A stretch of 55,593 nucleotides of DNA, counting the filler, from Sluysia triapertura (Eukaryota), in assembly GCA_046118255.1 (NCBI GenBank). It is 4 parts of 4 records of this genome, joined end to end, with 100 filler letters (N's around TTAATTAATTAA, not from the genome) between each part and the next. Parts side by side here need not be neighbours in the genome. Positions count along the whole stretch, not along the records: positions 1 to 11,260 come from JBJNIA010186658.1; positions 11,361 to 28,034 come from JBJNIA010199153.1; 2 more parts are not named here. The stretch is one strand, 5' to 3'. The notes beneath the pieces are model-generated. The model did not search any database. It had not been told where the DNA came from and worked only from the letters and a program-made list of their open reading frames with translations. Within the stretch, counting starts at the first letter, position 1; each line of letters begins with the position of its first letter. Positions 1 through 13,725 of the stretch are shown one piece after another. The translations under genes were made by a program, and so were the position numbers.

Positions 1-539
1 GCTAACTTTAAATTATTGACATTAAATTTAGATGTAATTTCATTGTAGACATTTTTAACGACACGCGAAGCCAAACTAAAAGCATTAGATGGATCTTTTA
101 TCAAAATACTGAAATAATTTCTGTTTAACGTACTCTCATTTTGCAATTTTTGATATTCTTCATTCATTTTAAAACAGGTGAATACATAATTTAAAATATT
201 GATTTTTTCATCATAATTTATTTATTTACATATTTTAGAAACTAAATATGCTACTGATTCGGACATGTATTGTAAGTAATTTTCCCAAATATATCCTTCG
301 GTAATTAGAATACCTTGCTACATGAAAATACATTCCCTTAATTTAATCCCTACGTACAATCATAAATTCAAACGTCTGTGGACTTTGTCGAAAGAATAGA
401 CGTAATACATATTGTTTTGACTAATAAATATATTCGCTATTGTTATTTTACGTTTATACAAAATTGAAGCATTTCATAAGAGACAGTCTAATAAAGATAA
501 TGCTTATATTTTCTACATAAAGCAATACACAAAGTGCAC

Positions 540-1370
540 AGGCCAAAGCAAAACATTATAAAATCGAATACAATCTAAGTAATGTAGAGTGCACGTTTCT
601 ATGCAATCGTCACGATTGTTATCATTATTAATCAGACACTCATTAGTTTTATTTACCATTCATTTACCGCAACACAATCGTAAAAATCCAACACTAAATG
701 GACTTTCTGATACAAATTTGTTTGGTTGTTTATTTATACATATACATGTAAACTCACCAGTTTCATTAATAAAATAAAAATAGATTTCAGATGTTTTACA
801 ATTAATGTAATTAAAACAATGGACTTTATTTCGTCAGTAAAGTTAATTCCTTTATGTTGAATTAGTTGGACATACAAATCATTACTTTCGCAAATGCCGT
901 TGTCGGGCCATTTTTGACAAGTTGAATCAAATTTATTTTTTGATCCAAAAATACTTTATTTGTTAATTCATATGATTTACACAAAACTTACTACAGCAAA
1001 GCCCCAAATTTATTGAATATCCATTACTTTTATTATAATTTCCATCAAATTCATAACATTGATAATAATCATCATTATCGTGTTTTTCAATTAATATACA
1101 ATCTGTAGCATTTAAACAAAATTTACTTGAACACTTATCACCCGTTACTCGAACGTTTCTTAAATTATTATCACTTACTCGATAATCTTTCATTTCAAAA
1201 ACTTGCGGTTTGCGATGTGGTATAAAATCGTAATCACGTACATATTGATCTATCTGTGATCTATAATTTGGATATTATTTGTAAATATAACTCCGGATAT
1301 TTTCGGTAAGATTAATTTCATTAAATATAATTGAAATTATTGCAGTAATAACACTTCTGGAATTGTACAT
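540..1370 (-). pseudogene. Decayed intronless Cys-rich protein gene, unknown family (possibly virus-derived)
   Basis: ATG at 1370-1368 (caaaATG) is in frame with ORF 963..1193 through two stops. Downstream frames continue with a similar block (YSINLGLCCSKFCVN versus FSVGFLRLCCGKWMVN). Several stops and frameshifts; no family recognised. Confidence 0.4.
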
Positions 1371-4300
1371 TTTGTAAATTGTTATTGATTATATTATATC
1401 TTTAGTACTTTTTCGATGAACACACACATATATATATATATAAACTGGGAAAAACAAAAGAATACGAAGGTTGATAATAAGGATAAAAAATAATAATGAT
1501 AACAATAAGGTAATTATTATGTTTCAAAATAATTGTATTGTTGATGTTAATATGAAAGTTATTATGTGACAATCGTGGTAATTATATTATACAACAATCA
1601 TAATAATTATTATATATTTTAATACGACTGGAAATATAATAACAATAGCTATAGTTCATGATAATTATGTACAATGGTTATGTTTGTTTTTTGAATGAGT
1701 CTAGCAGTTTGTTTAATGTTATGTGTGAGTAACTGATGTTTTTATGTGAAGTGTGATGAATTTTATATGATTTCCCTACAACAAGCAGAGCATCCTTTAC
1801 TAAGTGAGAACGTAAGTGTTAGTTGTCGATCTAAAATGACGACTTGACTTGCAATAGTGCCAATTATGAGTAAATCTCGACCCGTACAGTGCACCAACTG
1901 ACTAGTAGTTCGTCGTGATAAATATAATTCATATACTTATTGTAAAAGGGCCAGCAGTATCGATAAGTGCGTGAATTGGATTACCATTTATTCCTATGTT
2001 CTGCCATACTTATGTGGTAAAAATGGTGTGCATCCAGCAAAGAAATTTTCTCGAATTATTCTTATCTTAGAATTTGGGCATTTAACAAATGGTATAATTA
2101 TTGATGAAATTTTTATAGATTTGGATTTAATTTAAATTTATTTATTAATTGTATCTGAAAATCAGAGTTTTACTTGTTTCTGATGTAGAACTTTAGATTT
2201 TTAAATCTAGAACTTCAGTCTCAAAACAAATTATTATTTTACTGAAAATTACTGATGACAAACTAAAATAGCCAGACTATAATTATGACAGTAAATAAAA
2301 TAAATCACTCAAAATGTTAATGAAATAACCCACCCGCAAATTTAATTAATGAAACTTAATTTATGTCAATTATTAATAATGCTATTATAAAAAGTACCCA
2401 CACAAGCCGTGCAGAATCAATAACGTTATCCACGAAAAGAAAAACTTTAATTAGTAAATTATAAAGAATTGCCAGCCTAAATCTCCGAAATATCAACAGT
2501 GTTAGCATTCAAGATTATTGGTATCGTTGTTCCAAATATCACCTATGTGATACGAAATATCAGTAATGTTATTCAAAAATAGTAGTAATGTTATTTCATA
2601 TATCTATTAATATCATTATTTTATAAGTAAATTTTCTCTTGTCCTTGACAGTAATATATTATTTTCTTCTGCTAATTTTATTAACCAATAATTTCGTCCT
2701 AAAAATTTTTCTTATAATTGATTTCTATTATTCATAATATGTTAAGGGACATCTTTAAAAACCAATATTATAGTACAATAATTTTCATCAGAACATATTG
2801 TTTATTATTAGATTGTATTTACATATTTAATAGACATATTATATTATTATTAATATTATTATATTTTATTATTATTAATATTTACATACATAATGTATTA
2901 CTTTATTCTCATTTAATTTGTAATTTGTACTAATACTTAATAAAAATGTATTTGTGGCTCTTGAAAACATTTAATATGATATTTGTAAGTGTGTTATTAG
3001 TCTGGCTTGCCCATTCCTGCATTATATTAGTTGTTTGTCATTAGATTGTCATTGTCTTTATATTCAACCTACTAAATTGAATCAAAGCTTCTACAATACT
3101 AGAGTATTCAACAATTATCATCAATAATTAATTTTGACGTTTTTTAATTTTTTCTCAAATAAACATATTTCCTTTGTAATAATAATTTTCATAAGTTTAA
3201 ATAATTCTTAAAATATTTTTAGGTTTTGTGATATGAAATAAGTTTTAAAAACTTATAATTATAAATTGTTTTAAATAATTGTATTAAATAATTATATTGT
3301 AAATAACGTGATTATGTGTAACAAACGTGTGATATTGTTTACAAATTTATGACTAAATACGTAAGTGAATAATAATATTTATTTTTTGTAAATAATATTT
3401 TGTTACATTTTTATTAACAATTATTTTATCAACAATTCTAATAATTATATATATTTTCGTTTTAATAATAATTCTCTATGGTTTTAAATAATTATTTCTA
3501 TTGTTTATTTAACTTTTTAAATAATTGTTTAAATTAACTAAATAAAGGTCAGAATACTTTTAGTATAAATATAAACACATGCATTAAAGGTAATTTTGTT
3601 TAACAGTTTAATATGTTGAAGTTTTAACACTTATACAATATTTTATTGTATATTTTGGTTCAAACTCGTACTGTTGAGATATTATAAAAAATCATCGTTA
3701 GTTCGATTTAATATAAGTTTGCAATATTTAAAAAATTGCCTTATAATATAAACTCAAAACCTAATTAAAATAATATCTATTTACCTTTTAAATCGGTAAC
3801 TGAATAAACTAATTTTAAAATATCAGACAAAGATTATTAAACAGAAAATAATAATCTTATAACTTTTTATGTCAGTATTATAAAATAAATTGTTGTATTA
3901 TTATACGTTTTGTTAAATAAATTTTAATTGATTATTTGCTTAAACCCAATATTACGGAACTTTAGAATGTTTTATTTAATATGAAACTTAAATAGAGTTC
4001 TTTATTAAATCATTTGCATGGTTTCATTTGGTATGAAGCTTGAATAAATTACTACAGTAAATTCTAGTAAGTAAACTTACCACATTATATTACATATTAA
4101 TTTCTTGAGAAGAAACACGATTAAAGCATTTTCAATAGCCTTTAATTCATAATTAAGTTAAATAAATCGCAGTTAAATAATGCAATTACAATCAAGTAAA
4201 TAAGCTACAACTTTACGTTACCTCAAATTAAATACAAATATTTATCAAAATACTACGGATTAACCGTGATAGCATTTGAGCACCATAAGATGTCAAAATT

Positions 4301-6547
4301 ATCTATATTACAATATTTTATGATAATTATATCGAACTATCGATTCCAAGGATGTTGCATTAGAGAATCATCACCACCTTTAGACGTAATTAATCATTGG
4401 TCTGATTATTTTAGTTGTGCCATCTGCCAATCTTCGTCATTACAATTTTCCAAATCGAAAAGACATGCTGCTATTCCTATAAGTTATTAATCGGTAGAAA
4501 AATTTTAACTCATCTTGTTTATAAAATGTTTATTTCTATTGGATAGACATGTTTAGAAATATATAACGAAATGTTGTTTAAATACGATTAAAAAACGTTT
4601 GTTCAACAAGGATAAATAACTAAAGGTGTTCAAAATAAACTTTATTTATTTAATTGGGATAGAATAATGTTTCAGTAGATGCGTCTATCAGTGATCACCA
4701 GAAAAGAATCTATTACATTAATAGTAGTAATTAATTAATTAATAGTACAAGTTCAAAATACCTAATAAATATATTGAATAATAAATGTCGTTTTAATGTT
4801 AAAAAAATAAATTTTAAATTTCAAATAATTAAATAAACAGAAAAGTTCAATAAAACTAGATGATCATGTTAGATAATGAAAATGAAAATGAAAATTAACA
4901 TACACATACACACACGCACACACAAAATCAAAACATAATGTTGGAATATGAATATAATAAAATTCCCATTTAAATTTTGTATCAATTTCCGAAATTAGAT
5001 TTCACAAATTTAAACTGAACACTAATTCCATCATCACATAACAAATTATCATTTTCATATTAAATACATTAATTTTATTCAAAAATCGGTAAAATTAATG
5101 TATTTATTTTTCTTTTGAATTTTAATTATTCATTCGTTCATAACTAATAATAATAATAATGATAATAATAATATATGGATATATTTCGTAGAGAAAAGTG
5201 CAAAAATTATAACTAAAATAGCTTCAATTATCAAAAATAAATTTTCAGGTAAAAGGGGATCTCATAACACATTATCTCAAAGAATTCCACTAATTGTCAA
5301 AATTATGAAGGTACTCATGACGTGAAAGTAATGAATGTCTCATGGAATAAGGAAATCAAAATGAAAATGTCTTTAAAATATAATAATAGTAAAATAATAA
5401 TAATGCGTAACAGATTATGTGTCGAATTTTGAAATATATAAAAAGACAAAGTCCCTCTATTTCATAAACATTATAATGACTGATTTATTCAAAACTATTT
5501 TTGAAAACTTATAAATTATAAATTAATAAATTATGATTATGGTTATAATAATGATGGTATTATTCTCAAATTTAATCAAACATTAATTCTGATGAGGTTT
5601 TTCTTATTAACTTTAGCATGTTTCCGTTACAGTATAAGAATATATGTAAGTGTATATGTAAGTATCATTCAACACTTTTTAATGTAAAAATTAAATAATT
5701 CTGTATCTCTTTTACTATTGTATTTATGTGATAGATTTTAAGTTAATCATACTATGCAATAAAACAAGGATTCTGTATATATAAGGGTTTATAAACTTGT
5801 AAATAAACCTTTCACAATTAATCTGCTACACCTTACCTCACAAATTAACTAATTAACTGTACTTCATGAAGAATTTAATAAAATAGAAGGTTTTGTGAAA
5901 TGATAACTACAATACACAAATGTTAAAAGCACAATTAGTCATAAAGACTAAACTTTTTAAATTTTAATCTTTTTTTAAATTTTATTTGATTTTGAATAAT
6001 AAAATAAAATTGCAATGAAAAATTTTCCCCGTAACTTAATATTTAACTCTGGCAAGAAAAATGCCTTAATAAAAGAAAATCAATTAATTTTATGGATATA
6101 ATTTCGAAATGACCCTTTAGTATTTAAATATTGAATTGACTTTCAACTGAAACTATTTTTCATTTGAGAAAAATATTTGATTTTAAACGCCAATCTACCA
6201 ATTCTTTATGGTTACCTTTATGATGAAGGTTTTTGAAAACACATTTGAAATTTAATTACAAATAAATTACGCTAAGATATTATGTTTTTAGAAAATAAGT
6301 GTGACATTAATCAAAAAGAATTATTTTTTCGATAGTCGTCCATTCATAACTAACGCAAACTATGCAATTAATTAAATTAGATAGTCGAGAGTTGATGGAA
6401 TTAATATATAATATGAAAATAATCTTATATGATGAAGGAAGTTGATCCTCAGAATACAATAATTAATGTATTAAGTTTAATAACAGTAAAAATTATAATA
6501 ATGATGTAAAACAGCAAGAATTATAGCGACAATAATGCATTCGAATA

Positions 6548-6590
<43 letters not shown>
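6548..6590. repeat. (AAT)n microsatellite
   Basis: Direct read of sequence. Confidence 0.95.
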
Positions 6591-6592
<2 letters not shown>

Positions 6593-7396
6593 ATAATCTA
6601 AGTTGAAACAATCTGACTAACAAAATTAAAGGCCTACAAAAAGAAAATATTATAAATACTGACTGCAAAGTCAATAAAGCAGAGTAAAAACAAGAATTGG
6701 AACTAAAGATAGTGATCACTAGATAGAAAAATCCACCATTAACATTCAACACACACTTAATTGAATTATGGCACTTAGGATAATAATATTCATAAAAATC
6801 AAAAAAATATGCTTTGAGACTGATTATTTTATATAGTCATAAATTTATAGATTTTCTGTAGCCAATGATATCCTTTTTATTTAAGGAAACTACTTTTCAA
6901 AAATTAGCCATATTTCTACGTTAACGTCAAGCTTAAGTCAGCTACTTTTGTACCAACCATAACGTTTCATTGTAACCGTTAGTTAACTGTTAACTTAGTT
7001 AGATTTAACTTAAATTTAATAGAATAATATTTTTTCGGATATAATAACAAAATTCCATTTTAATTCAGTTTTATTATAATCAGAATTGATTCAGAATTTA
7101 CGATAGGTAAATCGATTTGAATGTTTACAAACATTATTTTTAATGAACAAAATTATAAATTGGATAAATACTAAAAAAAGTATATTTCCATTCATAAAAA
7201 CAATGTTTAAAATAAATGACATTTGTGTGTCACTTAAAAACTCTTCATGATTCGATCCACCAAATTCCATTTCTAAAAAAATTGCTGTAGTAACTTATTT
7301 TTTCTGACCAAATGAACAAAACAACAAAATGATTTCTTCTATATAACCTACATTAATCATCAATTCATTACACTTTAAAGTTTATCCCATTTGTAG

Positions 7397-7397
<1 letters not shown>

Positions 7398-7450
<53 letters not shown>

Positions 7451-7475
7451 GTTATTATTATTGTTATTGTTATTG
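7398..7475. repeat. (ATT)n microsatellite with GTT variants
   Basis: Direct read of sequence. Confidence 0.95.
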
Positions 7476-9160
7476 TAAATTAAACAAAAATTGAAACGAA
7501 ATCCAATATTTGAATTTCAAATTACATTTGTAGTAAATGAAGCATTCTAAAAAAAACTATAAATTTAAGTTTGTACTTATTATCTTTTTATGTTAGTTTG
7601 TGATGAAATTTACAGTTATAATATATATTCTTTTACAAAAAACAAGTATTGTAATACCAGCAATAACATTTTTTGGAAGTAAATTTATGTATTTTTGTTT
7701 TTATTGATTTATTCAGATGTAATAACTGATAATCAATTCGTAGAAAGTATTAACAAAGACACCTTACAAACTATTGGAATCAATATTTCTAAATTTAACG
7801 TACTAAATGTGAATGATTATGTGGCAAGATTACTAAAAAGTAATAAAAGTACATTTTTATTATAAAAATATTTAATTATCATTACTATTAATTTATATCT
7901 ATTTTTGTCATTTTGAGTTAATATAAAAGTTTGATAACACATCAAAAATATCTCATTTGCTTTTTATTTGGTATTTGGATATTCATACTTTTTTAAGAAA
8001 AATTTATAACGCTTATTTGTTTATTAAAATTGTAAAATTTGGTAGAATTATTGTATTTATTGGTTAAATAATTTAAATTATTATTCGTATTATTTTAGTG
8101 TATTAATATTAATATTAATAAAATAATATTACATGCATTATATTTTATTATTATTATTATCATTATTATTATGAAATTAAATTATAGTATAATTAATTTT
8201 TAACCTAAAGTTTTCAAATGTTCGATAATTTTAAAAAATGTTCATATTTGTTTAGTTATGTTTAATTATGTTTGTATGAAATTATATTTGATCTAGGTGA
8301 TTATTCGATGATAGAAGATTCGTTCTTTTGAAGCAATTTCTTCGTCATCAAACGTTATATATCTTCATAATAACTAATGAATATTAAGAGACATTGACAT
8401 AAAATAAGTTGTAATATGATAAATATGATAAAATTTACTATGAAAACAATTTTAGATTCCAAAATTTGTGCAGTGTGATGAATTATTGGTCTTTCAGAAA
8501 GAAACTTAATTTGTCGTGATAAAAGTTTTCTTGTACAGCTTCAAATCTTAAACTTTTAATACATTATTGGATGTTGCCTTGTCTATGAATTCCTAACATA
8601 TGCAATATTTGCATTATTATCGTTTTGCAAAATACTATCACAATCTATTTATAAATAAAATTGAGAATGTGGTTGAAAATTGAACCCATATTTTTCAACC
8701 ACGTTTAAAATAATTTTGTTTTTAATTTTATTACTTTAAGGTTTTTAAGATTATTTAAATTTCAATTTATAATTTGTGTAAACATTATGTATTCACTATA
8801 ATGAGTAGATAATATATGAATAAAATTAATTTTAAATTGTAAATTATTCTTTATTATGATTCAACAAATGAAGATATTAATATCATAACCGAACAATTGT
8901 TTTAAGGATTTTGTAGATAATGAAACATTATTTCAATTTCAATAATGAAAGTAATAAATTCATCAAGTTATTTATTAAAATTTTACTAAAGTAAATTTTT
9001 TCGTCATTAATTAAAAATGGCAAGTTCGGATCTGTTTCTTCCATTTCACATTTATTTTATTCGTTTACTTTTGATTTTAGGACATTGTAAATAACATTAA
9101 GTTCTTTTTAGATTTACTTGTTATCATATCGTTATTTTATTGTAGTTTAAAATTTTACAC

Positions 9161-9203
<43 letters not shown>

Positions 9204-9204
9204 T
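9161..9204. repeat. (ATT)n microsatellite
   Basis: Direct read of sequence. Confidence 0.95.
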
Positions 9205-10739
9205 ACAACTTAATAAATAATTTATTAATTTCTAGCTACTTATGATTATAATTCAACAACAATTGATTTATTCAAAATGGATTTTGTTCGTAATAACAAC
9301 GATTGTGACATGAATACGCTTTTACCACTTAATCGCTTATATTTTAATTTTACAATAGCACAAAATATATTATCAAATGACAACTATTGTTCATTGTTTA
9401 CAACATGGAACACAGCCAGATTTATGCTATCTCAAAGTTATCAAATAATTAATAAACTGCAATCTACAAACACCACAAGTTGTACAATATTGATTTATGA
9501 TGAATTTTATGGTTTGTATTAATTTTTTATTTAATGATTTCACTTTTATATTAAATACATTAAAATTTTAACTTCAAATGGTCCTTACTCCGAACATACA
9601 CTTACAACGCAAAAGGACAATTTAAGTAAAGTTAGAATCCACAATACCTAAATTTTTATTAACATGACATTTGTAAATGAGACATTTTGAAAAATAAATT
9701 ACAGAAAATTTATTTTTGTATTTCAAACAAATTCAATTAATATATTTTTTATGCTTTTTTAAGTGCACTCACAAAACGTAATATTTATAAATATTAAATA
9801 ATGATTCTATGAAATAGAATAAATTACATTATAAAAATAATGTTTTATGATTGATATTATAAATCAAATTTTTGAATAATGAATTTTAATTACGTACCAA
9901 TTAAATTTTGTAAGAAATATTGTGAAAGAAAAATTAAATAATTAATAAAATAAGCACGTTAAAATTACCAAAGAATATTGAATTTAAGCAAATAAATTCA
10001 ATTTTAAAAGTGATATATGTAAATAAAGAATAAGTATATAAAGATCAAACGTTCACTTACTAGGACAATTAGAAATATCTAGATTCTTATTTTAAAAATG
10101 CATTTTTATTTTGCAAATGATATATTTTTTATTGGTGTTTAGTAGTCGTAATAATTTTTATATTATTATATATGTAATTGTAAGTTTTGTGTGATTACTT
10201 GATTGTGAGCAAAGATAACAATAAAATCTTTATTAATACGTAGATAAACTTTGGTAAATATGAAATAACACATTTCTACCTTGTCCATTGTGTTTATTGT
10301 GATGCGGTTTTGCTTAATGAAGCCAACTTACGATCCTAAGTTGAAAATAACTTTAAAAGTCCGTCTGTGGTCCAAGACTTACATGATTTTCCAACGTAAT
10401 AATAGTTTTTTGAGGGCCATTATTTATATTTTTATCATCTTTACTAATAATTCGTTTTATCGCTACTTTTATGATTTACTATAAGGTGAAAATTAAATTT
10501 AAAATTGTTATTATTATTATTACAAAATACGAAATAAGGACAAAATCCTACTAAAACATAATTACAGTGATGTCTCAATATCATGTTTGGATCAGAGAAG
10601 AACAAAAACAATTATCGTCTCAATGTGACAGAATAAGCACTGTGATATAGAAGAATGTGATATCAAACATACGTTTCATAGAAATAATTTTAATCGTGAA
10701 ACAACCATTTATGTAAGAATATCTCTTTGTAAGAAAATC

Positions 10740-11260
10740 TCATTTAATAAACAGGTTAACTGTGAATTTACTTTTCATAGTAAATCAGTATTACCAGGAC
10801 TTGTTTTATACGCAGATTTTGAATTTGCAGTACTACCAGACGAACAATATCAACAAAGACATGAACAATCAGCTGCAGCTTTATTATTAGTGTACAAACA
10901 CGGAATACCTATAGTTTTGCTGGTGATAAATGTGTGGTAAATTTTTTAAATAAAATTGAAAAACTTGTTCAAAATATAGTTATACCAAGATCAAAAAGAA
11001 ATGAATTTCACAAATTACGAACAATTTCAGTTTAATAATAATAATATTTGTGTAAAAAAACGAGCAACTAAACTTGTTAATGATCATGACCATTTTAGGG
11101 GTATATATTTAGGTCCAATTTATAATAAACGTAATTTAAGTAGAAAATTTGTCTAACTTTACTTATATTATTTCATAATTTAAATGTAAATGACATTCAT
11201 CATATATTAAAATATGCATTGGATGAATTAATAAATTGGGAAATAACCTGTACACTACAA
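10740..11260 (+). mobile_element. Polinton/Maverick (adintovirus-like) protein-primed DNA polymerase B, N-terminal/exonuclease fragment, decayed and cut by a gap
   Basis: Manual translation across frameshifts gives PGLVLYADFE (YADFE), VNDHDHFRGIYLGPIYNKRNL (cf. VRDHCHxTGxYRGxAHxxCNL) and IIFHNLNVNDIHHIL (cf. FHNLxGYDxHxI), in the order known for Polinton pPolB. Confidence 0.8.
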
Positions 11261-11360
11261 NNNNNNNNNNNNNNNNNNNNNNNNNNNNNNNNNNNNNNNN
11301 NNNNTTAATTAATTAANNNNNNNNNNNNNNNNNNNNNNNNNNNNNNNNNNNNNNNNNNNN
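11261..11360. other. Assembly spacer (44 N + TTAATTAATTAA + 44 N)
   Basis: The same 100-bp construct occurs three times; TTAATTAATTAA is a six-frame stop linker. Confidence 0.95.
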
Positions 11361-11833
11361 GGCGAAAATATATCGCGAAAAAAATTTTTGTTTCAATTAG
11401 CAGAAGAACTTTCCGCAGAGTATAAAACTCCATCTGAACAGGAAAACTTGAATCACATCTTGCAGAGACCTGAAAGTTCTAATATAAGAAAAACTTGCCA
11501 AATAGGTTATTGTAATGAAAATAAAACTATGAACATATGTGCTGGTTGTAAAAAACATGTATGTGGTAAATGTACACTGAAAAAAATTTCTATATGTAAA
11601 AATTGTGGCGATCCAAATAATAACTAAACCTAAATAAAAAACAAATAATATTACTACATTTTATGTAAATAGATGTATATATCATGTACCTGCAATATTA
11701 GGATGAAATATATTTTATTTTATTTAAAACTTTTGTTTTGATTTTTATATTTAGTCAACTAAATATCAAACCGGTCAAAATGACCGGTTGGTAGAGATAG
11801 GTATATATCAATGCTTGGTATGTCTAGTGTTAA
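11361..11833 (+). mobile_element. piggyBac transposon 3' end: transposase C-terminal Cys-rich domain, right TIR and TTAA
   Basis: ORF 11388..11627 has SRKKFLFQLAEEL and RKTCQIGYC...CAGCKKHVCGKC...CKNC (piggyBac CRD). Subterminal palindrome ACCGGTCAAAATGACCGGT near 11770. Ends TCTAGTG|TTAA at 11829|11830-11833. Confidence 0.85.
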
Positions 11834-11839
11834 TTAATT

Positions 11840-13725
11840 TTAAATAACAAAAATTAATAAAAGAATTAACATAAAAATGTCTATACAGTTACATTTTTCC
11901 AAGATATTCCTTCTGACCATGTTTAGGATCTTAACATCTGAAATAAAAATCATGTTTGGCAATGTTGTGTTACGTAATATTAAATTAATAAGATACCAAT
12001 TTAAGAGTTTGATGTTATAATAAATTACATTAGTTTTAGGTTTACCTAACAATGCTTTAAAGGTTATTTTTACATAATAGAAGTTTAATAATGTTCGTAA
12101 GTAAGTTATTGAATTTAATTTAGCATAACTCGGTTGATTAATAAATTTTAGTCTTAAAATCAAATCTTATATAAACTTTCTTTGTATTAAGGAATCTAAT
12201 TTATTTATAAGGAATATCTTTAAAACTTTTATATAATTTAATGGTAATCAAGTTTCGAAAACAAATTAAGAACGCGTTAATAACAAGAAATTTTGTATTT
12301 AACGCATTTTTTCTATTCCTACGCATATCATTTGGCCTGGCTTTGAAATAAACATCTAAATAAAAATGATAGTTTAAACTATATAAAAAGTCAATAAAAG
12401 AAAAATTTACAATATTAGTATGTTGTATAAGTAGTAACTTCCAAGTAAACATACCTTGACTTGGTTTACTGTGATAATTAAGAGCATACCAAAGATACAC
12501 TTCCAACAAATTTTCAATATCACTGTTTTCCGAATATATGGAAGAGAGCTTCTTAAATGTTGAGTATTGAGTAAGTTTGTGAATAACTCCGCACGTTTTT
12601 GAAGCGTGACGGTAAGCGTAAATACTGTTGTTAACTAAATTATCCATTAATTTCCTAATATAACGTAATGGGTATAATTATAAATTTGTGGTGCCAGATC
12701 GATTACAGTAACTAGAATGTAAGATATATTCACGTAGAGAAGTAGGTTCTGTTGTATTTGTAAAATTGTAACATTTTAGATTTTGAATCAATGTGTATCG
12801 AATTCCTCTATCAACAATTATATCAAATTTTAGTTTAAATTTTTCTATGGCATCTCGATTAGAAGTAGAAGACAACATCAAAATAGACTCGTACTTATCA
12901 AGTGAATCGACTAATTCATTATTAAAATACATAAATGAATATGCGCCCAAATTAGATATTAAATTAGAATTAATATATTTGTAAACTCTACAACATTCTT
13001 GATAATTTGGCATAAAACATAATACTTTATATTTATTATTGGTAACAACTGAAGATAGATTGTTATTCATTTTACCAGAACAGACATTTTTAATAGTATT
13101 TAAAATTACTTCAACCAAGTTTTCGCAATCAATTAGATTATCAAAGTCTAATTTGATTTGTTCTTGTATCCAATTAAATTTCATATTATAAACTATAAAC
13201 TTAGAAAGTGTAATAGCCATATATCATTTGAAATTGGAGCAGTTAATAAAATCAACTTATTTGGTTCTAAATTGAGCTTTAATCTTAACTTCTGAATTCC
13301 GATAAATAAATCATTGTAGCTATTACTAATATGGTAATTCGATATTAATATTGATTTAAATCTTTCAAACATTGATCTACTAACAAAATATTAGCAGCAG
13401 TAAATAGTTTTACGATGGTGCATACGCTACTTAAACCATTAAACCAGAATGTTTCATTGTAGGATTCGAGAAATAAAGTATCACTAAAATACTGGCTGAT
13501 TTCCGTTACACTGGACAAATTGAATACACCATTTATAATTATCACATTAACACTTTTCAAATAGAATTTACTAACAGATGTTGAATGCTTCGCAATTCGC
13601 AAATCGGACCTCATACTGCAAGCTATAGGACATTAACTTGGTGAAAAAACAACTTGCAAATCGGTGGTATCAACAGGCATTAAAAGTGAAGATATAAATG
13701 TTGTTTTTTAGACGAAGACAATAGT
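11840..13725 (-). pseudogene. Decayed SF2 DExH-type helicase gene (NS3/CI/NPH-II/DEAH-like), intronless, candidate endogenous viral element
   Basis: Motif-like blocks in canonical order across frameshifts: I-like SSSKK/KTT (about 13710), Ia-like VVFSP, II-like ILLVDQC, III-like KLILLTAP (about 13235-13260), IV-like VLCFMPNYQEC, V-like STSNRDAIE...FDIIVDRG. ORFs 12678..13220 and 12201..12647 are the same frame split by one TAA. Motif VI is not clearly recognisable. Confidence 0.65.

Noticed and set aside
4266-4490. 74-aa ORF with CAIC as a zinc finger
   Set aside because: An isolated CxxC with no further NR or zinc-finger pattern; neither strand gives a recognisable protein.
6477-6752. Poly-Ile, poly-Tyr and poly-Leu ORFs (also 30864..31100 and 51048..51233)
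   Set aside because: They are translations of (ATT)n microsatellites.
11305-11316. TTAATTAATTAA inside N runs (also 28079-28090 and 40822-40833) as a biological repeat or piggyBac site
   Set aside because: It is an identical 100-bp construct each time, so an assembly linker. Adjacency across it is not evidence of linkage.
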